From NCBI RefSeq assembly GCF_037042905.1, contig NC_087247.1, positions 13,392,001 through 13,456,000 on the forward strand: a stretch of 64,000 bases of DNA, written 5' to 3'. Position 1 is the stretch's first letter; each line of letters begins with the position of its first letter. The notes under the pieces are model-generated. The model ran no database searches and had not been told where the DNA came from. It saw only the letters and a program-made list of their open reading frames with translations. Shown piece by piece: positions 36,862 through 50,800 of the stretch. The stretch comes from Lytechinus pictus. Taxonomy: Eukaryota. The translations under genes were made by a program, and so were the position numbers.

Positions 36862-38143
36862 TTAATTATCAGAAATGGTTTGTCAAGTTGGGGGAAATTG
36901 CATTTTTTTTCTTTGGGTTTAATTGCCCTGGTGTCTCTGTTATAAAAAAATTAACAAAAGAATATATAATATGTAAATATGCCTTTCGGGATACTGAGAG
37001 GCAAGGGCAGCGGAAGGATTTTTTGAAAGGTGGGGGGGGGGGGGGGCTGAATACGCAAATAAATCATTCACAAATGAACTGTCATCTTCATTTTTTTAAA
37101 CTAGTTTATTCTATTAATTTTCAATTACGTTGTATTTCCATAATTCAATGAAAAATATGACAGCAAATTTGCATAAACCAATATAAAAATATACGAATAG
37201 GACAAAAATAGATGTAATGACATCTTTTTAAATTCTATTTACCACCCCCACCCTTCTGCGTTCCCTTTATCTTACAATATGTATTTCAATCAGTTAAGCC
37301 TACCCAATTCTTGCGAGAAAAAATGTAAATTAGGTCTAATAAAAATGGGGTCGTTTTCCCCAGGTCACTTTGGACGACATCTTAGATGTGAAAATTTAGA
37401 GAATTAATTTTCCGACTACATCTTTTACCAAAGATGGAGCTGAATCAATCCCTTATTGTTGTGAACTAACTTTTACAAATATATAGTTCAAAAGAATATT
37501 ATACGATGAGTGGTTCAAATGAAAATCCTCAACCTTCTCTTGCCCGGATATCTGGTTTTAGCTTTCAATTATCAAAATTTTCGGGCAAAGCTGGTTTGTT
37601 TGATGGAAATCTTCGGTCGCCAAGAAACGCCGCTTCCAGTATCTAATGACGTCACAATCCTGGACAAATATATTGACGACAATATCCGTGTTCCTGAAAA
37701 TCAATACCGCAGCCGCAGGTTCTACCCCGAAAAATATGAAAATTACGCACCGAGGATGAATTGACCATAAAAAGAAGGAAATAATTTTTGGAGTGACGGA
37801 TTTTGTAAGTAGAATTACTATTATAGTGAAATAATGATTCACAGATTAAAAAACATGTCCTTTAAGACGATTTTGTGTCGAGTTGGTGCTGTGACTTAAT
37901 TGGACCCAAATTGGTTTGTTCAGTCCCACATCATTCATATTGATGTTTTGAGCGAATGTGAGAGTGCGCTGAACTGAGAGTGCACGAGGAGATCAACTAA
38001 AAATGCAAACAAAATGCGACCATTCTGGCATGGCATGTGCATGCAATTTTCATGCACAGATATCTAATTATGCTATAATAATACAGAAATTCAAATTATA
38101 CAGCCTTAGCTTAGTTACAGTACACTAACTTTTAATTTTACAG

Positions 38144-38349
38144 GCTTGAATCTTGATCGATTGATGGGAGGATCGACAGATGAGATACACTAAGCAGACA
38201 TCAGTCAATCAATGGGTGATTTCAATAAAATTCAAGTAGTCTTCGGTGTTGGTGTTGAAAGTGTAGAAAGGCCGCTAAACTGAGCTCCAGCAACAAGCTG
38301 GGTTCAGAATAGCCAGGCGGCTTCTAGAGAGTAAAAATCATTTACTAAC
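38144..38349 (+). other. Putative non-coding (5'UTR) exon, probably of the DCLK gene
   Basis: CTAAC branch point plus T-rich tract and cag acceptor at 38141-38143; gtaagg donor at 38350; stops in all frames; a further gtaagt donor at 37805 after a CpG-rich segment. Confidence 0.4.
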
Positions 38350-39374
38350 GTAAGGTTTCTCTCATCATACGAAGCCAGGACTTCTACCTCATAGACCCAC
38401 ACAAAGGAATTAGCCAAAACCTGAAACTTTCACCCCCGAGATTTCTACTTTCCTTCTAAAAGATCTAGCTCTAAATCATGTACATGGGATAAAACTTCGT
38501 TTCCGACATTTCTATGCTCTCGTTGTTATTTTTAAAACAAGAATTCATCAAAAAAATGAAAAAATATTGTGAAAAGACGGAAGAGACTTGTCCCGATGTT
38601 ACGCCGCCATCTTGTTTCTTATTGTACTTCTCCAACGTTACGGACGCGAGCGTCGCATAATGTTGGGGAAGTAAGACATATGATCCCGTTATCCAAATTT
38701 AATGATTTTGGTATCATATTAAAGAGAATAAAATGCTCCAAATAGCCTACTTAGTTTACATTTTGTTACTACCATAATTTTGATGTGGCATTAAAAAAGG
38801 AAGTTCAAAGTCTCGTATCTTGTGAATAAAAGTATCATATTTTTGTAGTATTGATAATGGCAAATCCAATAGAAATACTAATTTTTCACCTTTCCTTTAG
38901 GATCAAGTGTCAGAATTGCTTTCAAAATACCCTTCCCCCACTACTCCAGAAAGGCAATGCAAAACTGCACACAAAACATCTGCACTCTGTGTGTGGTCGT
39001 GTGTTTCAGCTGTGTGTGTGTTGTGACAAATTATACTACAGAGCCTATTGGGAGCATTTGGTGGAATTTCATTCATAATTCATTTGATTATTACTCAAAA
39101 ACTGATCCATGGATTACTATGAAATTTGGTAGATTTCTATTTTGCACTATTTTTATCAAGATCTGAAACAATCAGACAGTTTAATGAAGTGGTTGATGAG
39201 ATAGAAAAATCTTGCAGTCTTCCTAATAAAACTTAGACATAAGGGTAATAGTGTATTGCTGAAGATCCTGCCTGAGTTTCAGGTCACATGATTAAGGTCA
39301 AAGGTCACTTAGGGTCAACGAACTTTGGCCATGTTGGGGTAATTTGAGGAATTATCATCATAATCAAGTAATCA

Positions 39375-40192
39375 AGTTCTTTCTTCCTTCTTTTTACCCT
39401 TTCTTTCATTCATTCTTTGTTACTTTCTTTGTTTCTTTCTTCCATCCATCCTTTCTTTACACTTTCTTGTTTTTTGTTTCTTCCTTCTTTCAGTCCTTTC
39501 TCTCTTTCATTCATTGCATCCTTTCTTCTGTCTTTTGTTCTTTCTTTCTTTTTCCATCTATCCTTTTACCTTTTCTTTCTTTCTTTTTTTACTGCTTGCT
39601 TCCTTTCTTCTTTCTTTCCTTCATTCCTTCCTTTATCTTTCGGTCTTTCTTATTTTCCTTTCATCTATTCTTTTACCTTTTCTTTCTTTTTTATATTGCT
39701 TGTTTGCTTTTTTCATTTCCTTCATTCTTTTTTCCAATCTATCATTTTACCTTTTCTTTATTTCTTCCTTAATTCCTTTCTTTCTTCTTTCAATCCTTCC
39801 TTTCTTTCTTTTTTTGTTCTTTCTTTCTTTCTTTTTCCTTCTCTCCATCTCTCCTTTTACCCTTTGTTTTTTTATGGCTTCTTTCTTTCATTACTTTCTG
39901 CCTTTTATTCTTTCTTTCTTTATTTATTGCTTGCTTCATTTCTTTCCTTCTTTCTTTCTTTCTTTCCTACATTCCTTTTTTTTTCTTTTGTTCTTTCTTT
40001 CTTATTTTTGTTCTTTCTTTCCTTCCTTTCTTTCTTAAGTTGTTTCTTTTTTTCCTTTCTTCACATCTATACTTTCTTTACCTTTTCTTTTTTGTTCCTT
40101 CATTCCTTCCTCTCTTTTATTCTCTCTTTCTTTCTTTCTTTCTTTCTTTCTGTCTTGCTTTCTTTTTGTCTTTCATTCCTTCAATTTTTTTT
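39375..40192. repeat. Degenerate (CTTT)n-derived polypyrimidine tract
   Basis: ~820 bp almost entirely C/T. Confidence 0.9.
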
Positions 40193-41084
40193 TGGGGGGG
40201 GGGTAACAAGAAAGGACAGCAAAATAAACTTGCGCCATTTTAAAATAATTTCCTTATTTTTTGGGACCAGTAGATTTTAGGTTCGGACCAGTAAAAAACT
40301 GGGTATCCGACTGGTCCGACATGAAAAGGTTGGACCAGTAGAAAAAAGGGTTAGTGTGGAGCCCTGTCTTAGGTCACATAATCATGGTCTAAGATCATTT
40401 TGGGGTCAATGGATATAATATTTTATTATCATATTAGTGTTTTCTTCTGTGATTAATTATTCATTGGCTGTTTTCAAAGGAAGCACTGCTGCTATATCGA
40501 ATTGCATAATGCAGGCGAGACTGCCAGAGGCATTCTACTTGTTTACATTTGTGTGTTACCGCAGATGCTGACTTTCTTCATATGCACCACGTGGTATACA
40601 ATATACATGTATATGCGCCATCACATGTATGAGATCAATACTGTTATGTTTTGACCTCATTGGTACTAGGAGTGAACCTGTTATTACATGAAATCATAAT
40701 TATTTCACATTTCCATACAGTACATGTATGTGTACATACATTACAACTTTTTTGAAGCACTTGCCTGGTCTGGCAAATTTTTGAATAGTTGGAAAATAAT
40801 TGCCCAAAAATATATTTCACTTTCCCCAAAAATTTTTTTTATCCCTCTAAAAGAAAGTATTGCAGTTTTATATACCATTGACTTTTTTCCCTATCATTTC
40901 AACAGTACCTCGTAAATTCATGATTGTATTTTTCAGTGATTTACATTGTAATATCTTGCCCGCCTTGACCAAAAATATAGGGTCAATATGCCATTTAAAT
41001 AATTTCCTCTCATAACATTCATTTTCATGTATTTTTAAGGGGGCCAACAAGCCAAGGCACACAATAAAAAAGGGGGGTCACAGA

Positions 41085-41995
41085 AAATAACTAAAGAAGA
41101 AAGAAAGGAACGAAGAAAGAAAGAAAGAAAAAGAAATGAAGTGAGGATGGAAGAATGGATGAAAGGAAGGAAGGAAAGAAAGAATAAAGAAAAAATGTGT
41201 CCTTCTTTCTTTGAAAGAAAAGAGAAATATGTAAAGAAAAGAAGGGAGGAAAGAAGGAAATAACAAAGAAAAAATAAGGGAAAAGAAAAAGAAAGAAAGA
41301 AAGGAAGGAAGGAAGGAAGGAAAGAAAGAAAGAAAAATAGAGAGAATGAAAGAAAAAAAATGAATAAAGATAGAAAAGGATAGGAAGGGAGGATGGAAAA
41401 ATGGATGAAACAAATAAGCAACAACAAAAAAAGAAGAGAAAAAGAGATGCAGGGATAGGAAAGAACAGAAGAATTAAGGAAAGAAAAAATGAAGTTAAGA
41501 AAAAAAGGAAGGAAAGAAAAAAGAAAGGCATGAAAGAAAGAAGGAAAATAAAATTTGTCTTTCATTATTTGAAAGAAAGAAAAGGGGAAAACGGGAAATA
41601 ACAATAAAGGAAAGAAAGAAAGAAAGAAGGGAAAGAGAAAATAAAGAATGAAAAGAAGGATGAAAGAAAGAAAGAAGAAAATAATGAAGGTTAAGAATGA
41701 AGGATGGAAAGAAAAAAAAGAATGATTAGGTATTGGAGAGGAAGAAGGAAGCAAAGAAACTTTAAGGAATGAAGGAAATACAGAAAAAAGGAAAGTAAGA
41801 AATTTGAAGGAAAGAAAGAAAAATGAATGAAGGAAAAACAGGAAAAATAAGAAAATAAATGGACACAGAAAGAAAGGGAGGAAAAAGTGGGATTGAAAAT
41901 AAAGATAGAAAAAAAGCATGAACAAACGAACAAACGAAAAAAGGAAAGGATGAAGAGAGAAGGAATTAAAAGAAAGAAAGATAGAAAGGAAGAAA
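41085..41995. repeat. Degenerate (GAAA)n-derived polypurine tract
   Basis: ~900 bp almost entirely A/G. Confidence 0.9.
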
Positions 41996-44265
41996 GCTCA
42001 AATTTAAAACAAACCCAAGAAAATCACTGCTGATATTTGTTTACAATGAAATATTCTGAAAATAATACCCCATTTAGATCTGTCTCTGTCTCTCTAGTGT
42101 CACACTGGGCAATCGTCTGGAATGAACACGGCATGAAATTCCTTATCAAAACATGAGGTACACATGCAAGGGTCGTTGAGATTAGAACAAACGTCAGTGG
42201 TAATCGCGAGATGCGCTGTGATCGTACCTATTCCAGTGAAGGGAAAATGCGCATTCAATCAATTCTTAAACATTTTCTTTTTTTTCAACTTTTCTGGGTT
42301 TTTTATCTTTTTTTTTCTATGAATTTTTAGGTATCTTGTTTTAATATTTTCATCTTTTATTAATTCTTATGTATATTTTGTTCTCTCTTTCTGTTTTCTT
42401 CTTTATGATTTTCTTACGTATTTCTAAAATATGTTTTATTAATTCTTCGTTCACTCTCTTATCTATAAAATCTTTCTATTTTTCAAATCTTCTCTTCTCT
42501 TTTCTTCAATCAATTGTGTATTTCATTGTTTTGAGTTTTCTATCATATTAAGCCCCATATAATGTTTCATATCAATACTATTATAATTATATGCTTACTT
42601 ACTGTTGGGATATACTAGTAGATGGTTCACTCAACGGAGGGTTGTGTTCATGATCAGAATCTCACTGCATGTTCTTACTCGATGATGTCATTCACGGTCA
42701 AAGATTAGGGTCTCTGTCTCCATAGAAGTGCACCATGCAAATAATGCATACAGTGTGTGAGGGTGCAGAATATTTTTAATCTTCACTGTAAATCCTCATC
42801 GGCACGTTATGCTTAAGCTGTTGTCTCAATGCTAGGATCACATAAAAGTGATGGCAATTCCCTATATGATGCAGACTTGCACTGAATGTACACTTTCCGT
42901 ACAGTATGTTGCTTTGGCAGCATATATGAGACAAAATATTTCCTCATCTCAGATCAGGGAAATGCAGTTAAATATTGTAAATGCCTAGATGTCTATGTAG
43001 ACATGCATTTCCTGAAGTTTTTAGTTTGGTTTTTCTCCGTATAATTCTTTTCAAATTACATAGTAAAGTGACCTGAATCCAGACTTGAAAGCCTACTTCC
43101 TTAAAAACTCTGTTTCCTGTATTAAGTGCATTTATATCCTCAATCATCTAATTTGACTTTAGATGCTTGAGTTACTCTCAAGTGTGAGAATTGTGAAGGA
43201 ATTTAAGGAAAAGAAAGATGTGAGCTTGGTCTGCTTGAAGAGGAGGAAACGTGACATTTCCTCTTGATAAGAGCCGGTATTATCAGAAAATTGATCATTT
43301 TAATTATGATTTGAGCTTGTAGAGAGGTGAACTCAGATCTTAACTAGGAAATTATATTTCTCTATTTCTTTTGTATACTGTTAATTGCTACTAGCAATCT
43401 ATGTTTCAATCTACAGTATCTCTGTATATCTGTCAAAATATCTATCTATCTATGTATTTATCTACATATCTATCCATCAATCATCCATCAATCATGAAAA
43501 ATTACGCTCCTCGTGATAAAGAGCCGATATTTGAGAATTAATCATTTTAATGAGAGTTTTGATTTGAGCTTGTAAAGAGGTGAAATCAGATTTCTTTATT
43601 CTTTTGTATGTTAGTTGCAACTATCAATCAATTGTATTTTTTCTCCTGCAAGTAGCAGGTTGGTCCTAAGTTGTAAGACTTACATGTATGATTGATTTAG
43701 GGGTCTGAATGCTGGTAAATGATTGCCCTTTATTGAACAGATTGTTTTAGTTAGAATGTCAGTGTTGCTGCACTGGTCACTTAGTTAGAAAATTTGACAT
43801 GACGATAATAGTGCTAATGCTATCAATACTGAATTTATTATTTAATTTGGAAATATTTATTTCCTCATAAGAGAGGGAGAGAGAGAGAAATAGAGATATG
43901 TGTATGGGGAGGAAGTGTTTCATGAAATGTTTCGAGTAATTCATGCATACATCTTTTCTTTTCTATTTTTTTTTAAATTTTTCTATTTGTTTTAGCTGAA
44001 TATAATTTCATTATTCATTTCTTTTTGCCTGCAACTTATACTCTAATTTTTAATTGAAAAAGAAAAAAAAGAAAAATGAATCTTTCACTTTACCCTCATC
44101 ATCCCCACTAGATTCAAAGATGTTCAATTGTTGTCTTCTTGCTCCGATGTACCCATGTATTGCATGTTTTTGTTTATATTTCATTTTGTATTGCAGCTCT
44201 GTACTCCAAGCCAAGAAAAACAAAGCATAATGTAGAGAAGAAGAGTATACTTGCAGATTGATGGC

Positions 44266-44881
44266 ATGACCAAGCCAAGGCAACCTAGGCCTATAAATGG
44301 TTGGATGGCATCATCCGGGCACGACACATTGCTACAGTACCCAATACCAGGTAGTACGGTCCGAGCCAGGAAAAGCAAAAGACGGCCTCCCCATACAGAC
44401 CCACCGACGGCCATGGCCACCTCACTCAGTCCTCGTTCATTACATAACGACAGAGTCTCGTCCCTGTCGATGCCGACGAACATGCTGTCCCCTCGTAGCT
44501 TCCAACCATCCGAGGTGTCCCCAAGGACAATGGCCGCTGCTTCCCAGCAGCTCCATGACCTGACCCGCGAACAGTACCAGGAGAGGAGACGACCACGTCA
44601 GATCATCTTCTACCGCAACGGTGACCGATTCTTCAAGGGGAAGAAGATGTTGATAACGCCGCATCGCTACACTTCGTTTGAAGACCTTCTGAGTGACCTG
44701 ACGCGGAACATGAAGCTCCCTTACGGCGTAAGACAGATCTTTACGCCAGATGGGACGAAGGTCAGAGACATTGAGGAACTCAAGAACGGAGAGTCCTATG
44801 TCTGTGCTTCTTTTGAGAGGTTGAAGAAATTGAAGTATGCATCTTCTACAGGATTTCCTGGTTGGAATACAGGGTCCCAAA
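44266..44881 (+). CDS. DCLK3: DCLK coding exon 1 (N-terminus and DCX domain 1: [13 protein letters not shown]...[13 protein letters not shown]...GESYVCAS)
   Basis: Classic DCX signature. Strong acceptor at 44196 with an in-frame stop upstream of the ATG. a|gtaagt donor. Confidence 0.88.
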
Positions 44882-47800
44882 GTAAGTATCACATACGAGT
44901 TTGATTGCACTCACATTGACTAAAATATTTTCCTGAAAGAAATTGTATAAAAAGGTTTTAATATTTTATATGTGGGTAAAAGTACTTGTAAGCTTTCAAC
45001 TTCTTTTCATTTTAAGGCAAATAGAGCAAATTCTGCTGAGCTGAGGATTTTTCTTGAAACCATAATTCATATTAAGTTCATAATGATAATGAAATAAAAC
45101 AGCTGCAATATTTGGGCTGACTTTTTGTGTGTGGTCCCATACATTAATTTATTAGTGAATCCAAAGGGCATACATTGGGCTGTTTAAAAGAGTGGAGGAG
45201 TTACATGTAGGGATACCCTATTTATCAACCTCTATGGGTTGCCCTTTTAGTCCTTTGAAGTGAAACATTATTGTTTAAGCCAAATTTAGAATGCTACGAT
45301 GTATCTCAGTGTTTTATAGGGAAATGTCATTGTCAACATGTCATGTGCACAGTTAAGTGCAATTTTCTGTCTGTAATCTTTGTACACACGTACTTTGTCT
45401 GAAAATACGCTTGCATCCCCATTTTTATCACAACTGTGTTCATTTTATCTCAAATCAAATGACCGAAATTATTATTGTTATGTCCATTAGGGCAAATCGT
45501 GAGCATATACACTTAGTTTTCTACCCCCCCCCCCCCCTTCAGAGAGAATTTTTTATGGAGGCATGAGCCAGAATAAACCACAGAAACTTACAACCACCAA
45601 ATGAACTATTATCAGTAGATTTCGACGCTGCATGTCACAAGCCATTTGCATGGTAACGGTAAACAATATACTTTAGCTGCTCTGTTGTGGATCCTGTCAG
45701 AGCAAATAGAAGAAACCTGTGCTTGGTGTTGCTATCTTGACTGTTCATGGTTAGGAGAGCTGAACAAATAGATTGTTGCATTAAAAGCTCAACTACCAAT
45801 GTAGATTATGTAACCTAATTTGATATCCACTTTGGTGGACAGAAAGTTCCTCAGGCTAAATTACCTCAATTGCATTTTCATGCATACATACTGCAATAGA
45901 TATAACCCCTTCAGGAAAGTAGGACACGCTGGAAAATTCATAGAGAGTAGCCTGTTTTTTAATTTCTTTATATCAAAATTTATACGCCCGGCAATTGGAG
46001 ACTGTATATTATACTTGAAAGCTCAACACAATATTTTCACAAAAGTTTTATGCAGCTGTCAAAAATGGTAACTGATATTTTGTCAGTTACGGTAGTCAAT
46101 AATTGGCAGACTATATGAATGGATGTACATTCAATCTTTTATTGATGCGATCTGTTCATTTTGTCTGTTCATCCATGAACATGTACATTTCACGTCATTG
46201 CTACTAATGAAAAGCGGTAAGCTATTCTTGTTTCTTGTTGACGTACATGTATGATCAAGGTAGAATGGACTTAATGTAAAAATGTACCAGATATTTTCAT
46301 GACTGTGGTATGGTACTTTGTGCTGTTAACTAATATTAAGAAATTTATGGTGAATCTTATAATGAGAGTGAAACTAATAATGTTCTGCATTGCCTCAGTA
46401 CTTGTTTATGTACATGTAGCTGATTCTACAAGTTTATACTTTTTCAATTTCAGATTACAGATTTATTTTTATTTCTCACATTTGTTAATGGAGACCTTTG
46501 CATATGATCGTTTGAAGTTCAAACATCAAAGTTGAAAAACAATTTATACAACCCATCTCACTTTGGACTTTGAAACCCATATTGATTGCTAATGCTACAT
46601 TTACATATGTGGATGTGTACTTTTTTTTTTTAAGAATGCTCATGAATGAATAAGGTGTATTCACACCTTCATGATAAAAAAAAATACCCATAAATTATGA
46701 GAACTTTCTCAGGCCTAAAAATAATGAGATCCTTCTTCATAATTACAAGTTGGCTTTGTTTAGTTTACGGTATTGACTTTGCCAAATGGTATTCAGAATG
46801 ACTGTGAAAACATTTATTTCAATTGGCTGTCAAATAAGACTGCCAAGCCCTTTTACTATGAGAATTACCATAGCAGCATATTGAACATTATTTTTATTGA
46901 AAATATAGGCCCGTAGTAATAATTCTTTGCATTCACACTGACACAAAATTATATAAAGTTCTTGTACATTTAATAAGTGAGCAATACTTCATAATTATAT
47001 TTCTTCAATGTATAACGAGGAATGAGCATTATATTTTACCTTGCCTTCCTGCTTGTGTGAATATTCTTGTAATTTGCAACCTTGGCAGACACTTGTATTT
47101 TTTTCATAATTTTGATTACGTACCAACTATTTTCAAGATACTTTACTGTCAGATACATATATGTATGCAAACCACTAGATATTTGCCCTATTGAGGCAGG
47201 TGTTCACGTGCCTACCTCTAGATCGGTCCCATGTTACCTCAATGAAACCTAGCTACCTTTAAGGATCTTTGGCTTATCAGGGTAATAATCTTGATAATCT
47301 CCATGTTTGAAGACTAATCTGAAGTACATGAGTATAATCTTGTTAAGGTGTACTGTATAATGATCTGTGCATGTATTAAACATGTTTTTTGTGGTTCTTG
47401 ATTAGAAGAAAACAACTTGTGAGAGAAGAAGCTAGCATTCTCATTTCCACAAAATTTGAATTTGATTTTAGGGTTAGAAGCCAGAATGATGAAGTAGCAA
47501 CTCTGACATCTCTCTCATTCTTGCGGATATTTCTGGACTACATATAACACTTTTTGGGCAGTTTACCAGCATGTACATTGTTTTAATCAGGATCAGGATT
47601 TTAACATACCAGTATCATTCATATTGTGAATAAATTTACTAATAGCATCTTATTCATGCATTTTATGGAATAAACCATCCTTGAATGGGAAGCAGTCCTA
47701 GTGTAAACTCATCAGGCAAACATCGTGGACAGGATGGTTTGTATTTCATAACCTTTATTTTATTGGTACTTCATTTCCCATTCTAAGTACTAGTAATACT

Positions 47801-50800
47801 AAAGTACCCCGGTACTTTCTCCCCCTCTTTACTCATTTCTATATTCACAACACTTGATGAATTTTCAATGAAACCCGTTTGATTTTTCATATTTATTGAA
47901 ATCAACCTGCTGTCGAATGAATAGACTGGGCATAAAAAAAAAATTATAGACTTGAAGAGTCAAGTAGAATACAAAGCATGGTGATTTCTATTTCCCCATC
48001 CTGTAGACCTATTAATTGTATACCATGCTTGATGTATGATGTCAATCGCCCATCTCATTCCACTTAAGATGGAACTTTTGCAAGCCGGTTCAAACAAGAA
48101 AGAATATTTTTATAGAGTACAAACAATGTTATATTTGCCAAAGTGCTTATAAAACGATGAAATCTTTTTCAACTATCCACTTGTATTTTGTGACTTCTCC
48201 TACATGTAACACAGGGTCTGCATGTACTCTCGTGCTACTAAAGTGCTCATTATCATAGGATATACTCAGTGGAAACGTGGCTTCTTTGTGGTTTCATTTT
48301 ATTTTTGCGACAGAAATGGGTGAATTTTGCACAAAGATATTCGTTAGGACTGTTGATGAAATAAACGTTGCCCATGCATAGTGTGAACGACATGTATAGT
48401 GCTACCATCAAGCATGCACATTTGAAAAGTGGATTTATTTAATGCTGAAAATGTCAAATGGACATCCAATCTACTTTAAGAAATATGTATGGGGTAGGCA
48501 ACAAAAATGCTGTCGTCGCTGCACTTGTGCCTGTCAAGGTAATTAAAAAAAAACTTACCTACAGTACACGTACATATTTATATGTATTTTTATCAGTGAT
48601 TTTTAATACTTAGACTGTGTTCCTTTGTTATTTTGTTTGCTCCCTTTTCATTTGAGCACTATGAGCATCTGTAATGAGAAGGATTTGGTGCGTTTTGAAT
48701 TGCATTCATTATTATTATCATCATCATCATTACCATCATTATTATTATTATTGTCATTATCATTATTATCATTATTATTATCATTATTATTATTGGGATT
48801 GCTGCGGAAATTCCCAACATTTGAGGAAAGACGTCTGAAATTGCAACCGAATGCCCCCCCCCCAAAAAAAAAAAATTGATTAGTATACCTCACTCAACAA
48901 GTTGTATTTGTGCTTTTGACTTGTCTCATGACCCATTTATTGATGATCAATCAGGGTCTGTGCCTGCAGACTACCTTGGATTATGCTAGCTATGATATAA
49001 TTATTGCATCGATAAAAATGTAGCAATTTGCTTTTTCTAGCCTTGTGCTTGAATCAGTATGCCTACATTTGTAAAACTAAGCAATCGGCTGTGAGGGAAA
49101 GTTTAAGATTGCAGCCATCTTAAACCATGGAAATGTCTATTTACTCACATGTTGTTTTATCACTGTTGACAAAGAAAGGGGGTTGAATCAATATTTGATC
49201 ATTTCCATAAAAGGGCCCAGTGGGATGATAATACATGTACACATATAGAAAAGTTTCCAGATTGACATTAGAATGTCACTGAAATTTTATATCCGATATC
49301 AATCCATTCCAAAATTCACAAATGATATAGCACCACTTGTAATCTTGAAGGAAAATACAGACTAATTTCATTTGGTGTGAATCTCCCAACCTGCTTGTTG
49401 ACTGTTCATGTCCACTACAGCAGCTTATGTGTTGTATCGATGGCAACCACTTGCACAAGGACTAGGAATGTGCCATAGGACAAACATGGGCTTGCACTAC
49501 TTTATTGGCATTTGTCAATAGCTCTGCAACTCAGCCTCTTGTGTGAAGGAAATATCCCATGACAACAAAACCAATACCCCAAAAACAAACACTTGAGCTT
49601 TGTTTAATACTTCATATTATTAAGATGTACTTGAGATTTGGTTTAATTGGTGTTGGATAATGATGGGATCGGGATCGTTTTTTCCTTGAACTCATTTCCT
49701 TTGATTTCTGTGGATCGATACTTCTGTAATTCATTCACTTATCCTGGATCATGATTAGGAGATGTATTGGAACAAGAATAGGAGACTACTTTTGACATGT
49801 TAGTTTCTCAGACTATAAAAGTTTTTTCATATAATTCTGTGAATATACATTAATTTTGTAACTATTTTGTTCGAACGTACAGGGTCTATATCAATTCTAG
49901 GCCATCAGAGGCCTTGGCATTGGATGCCTTGTTTATTGGCCTCAATGCTATCTTCATTGGCCTTGGATATTGTTGTGACCTTCTTAATTTGTCTAATTTG
50001 TGCTGTTATTAAGAAATATGATCTGTAGAACAATGGCCTTACCCTGAATATGTCAAAATTAAAAGGCTGAATTATGTATAACGTGACTGCCTATGATATT
50101 TACTCAATTCCAATGAAATTGTGATAGAAATCCACTAGACTGAGATATATTCGAAAATGATATCCACTTTTGAATATTTATCTTTGAATTTATTTCTTAT
50201 TTCTGCTTGGCATTTGTCTCTTACCAATATTCCAATCTTTTTGTCTTCCCATTTGCAGGGAGAGATCCAAAGAGTGATGCACATCTCTACACCCACATAC
50301 CTGTTGGGTTATCCTACCCGACCGAAGGAAAGTATGCAGAGATGTACGGCAGGACTACCTTTGGTTCCGGTCACACCGGCCCAGGCTCCTTTGCCCATCA
50401 TAGGAATAAAGCTGGAGCAAGTCTTGATGGAGATTCCAAAGCGTTGGGCATCCTTCATTCAGACCGAAGCCCCATCAAGCCAAGAGTGGTCAAGATTGTC
50501 AAGACTGGACCCAAGCCTAGGAAGATGGTGTCTCTGCTGATCAACAAACGTAGTGTACAGTCTTACGAACAATTGATCCAGGATGTCTCAGATGCCTTTG
50601 GCCTGCCAAAGTACAAGAACAACAGGGTACGGAAGCTGTATACGGTGAAAGGGAAGGAAGTGAAAAGCCTCGTTGATTTTTATAGAGACAAGGAGGGAGT
50701 GTTTATTGCATCGCCATCTAGAAGCAGCCTCTCGGAGGATACTTTTCTTGACATTTATGAAGAGCTCTTCCCAGACAGTCCGTACGCCCAGAATTTCCGT

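Noticed and set aside
39344-41933. Long Phe/Leu/Ser-rich 'membrane protein' ORFs
   Set aside because: Artefacts of CT/GA low-complexity tracts that are open in several frames
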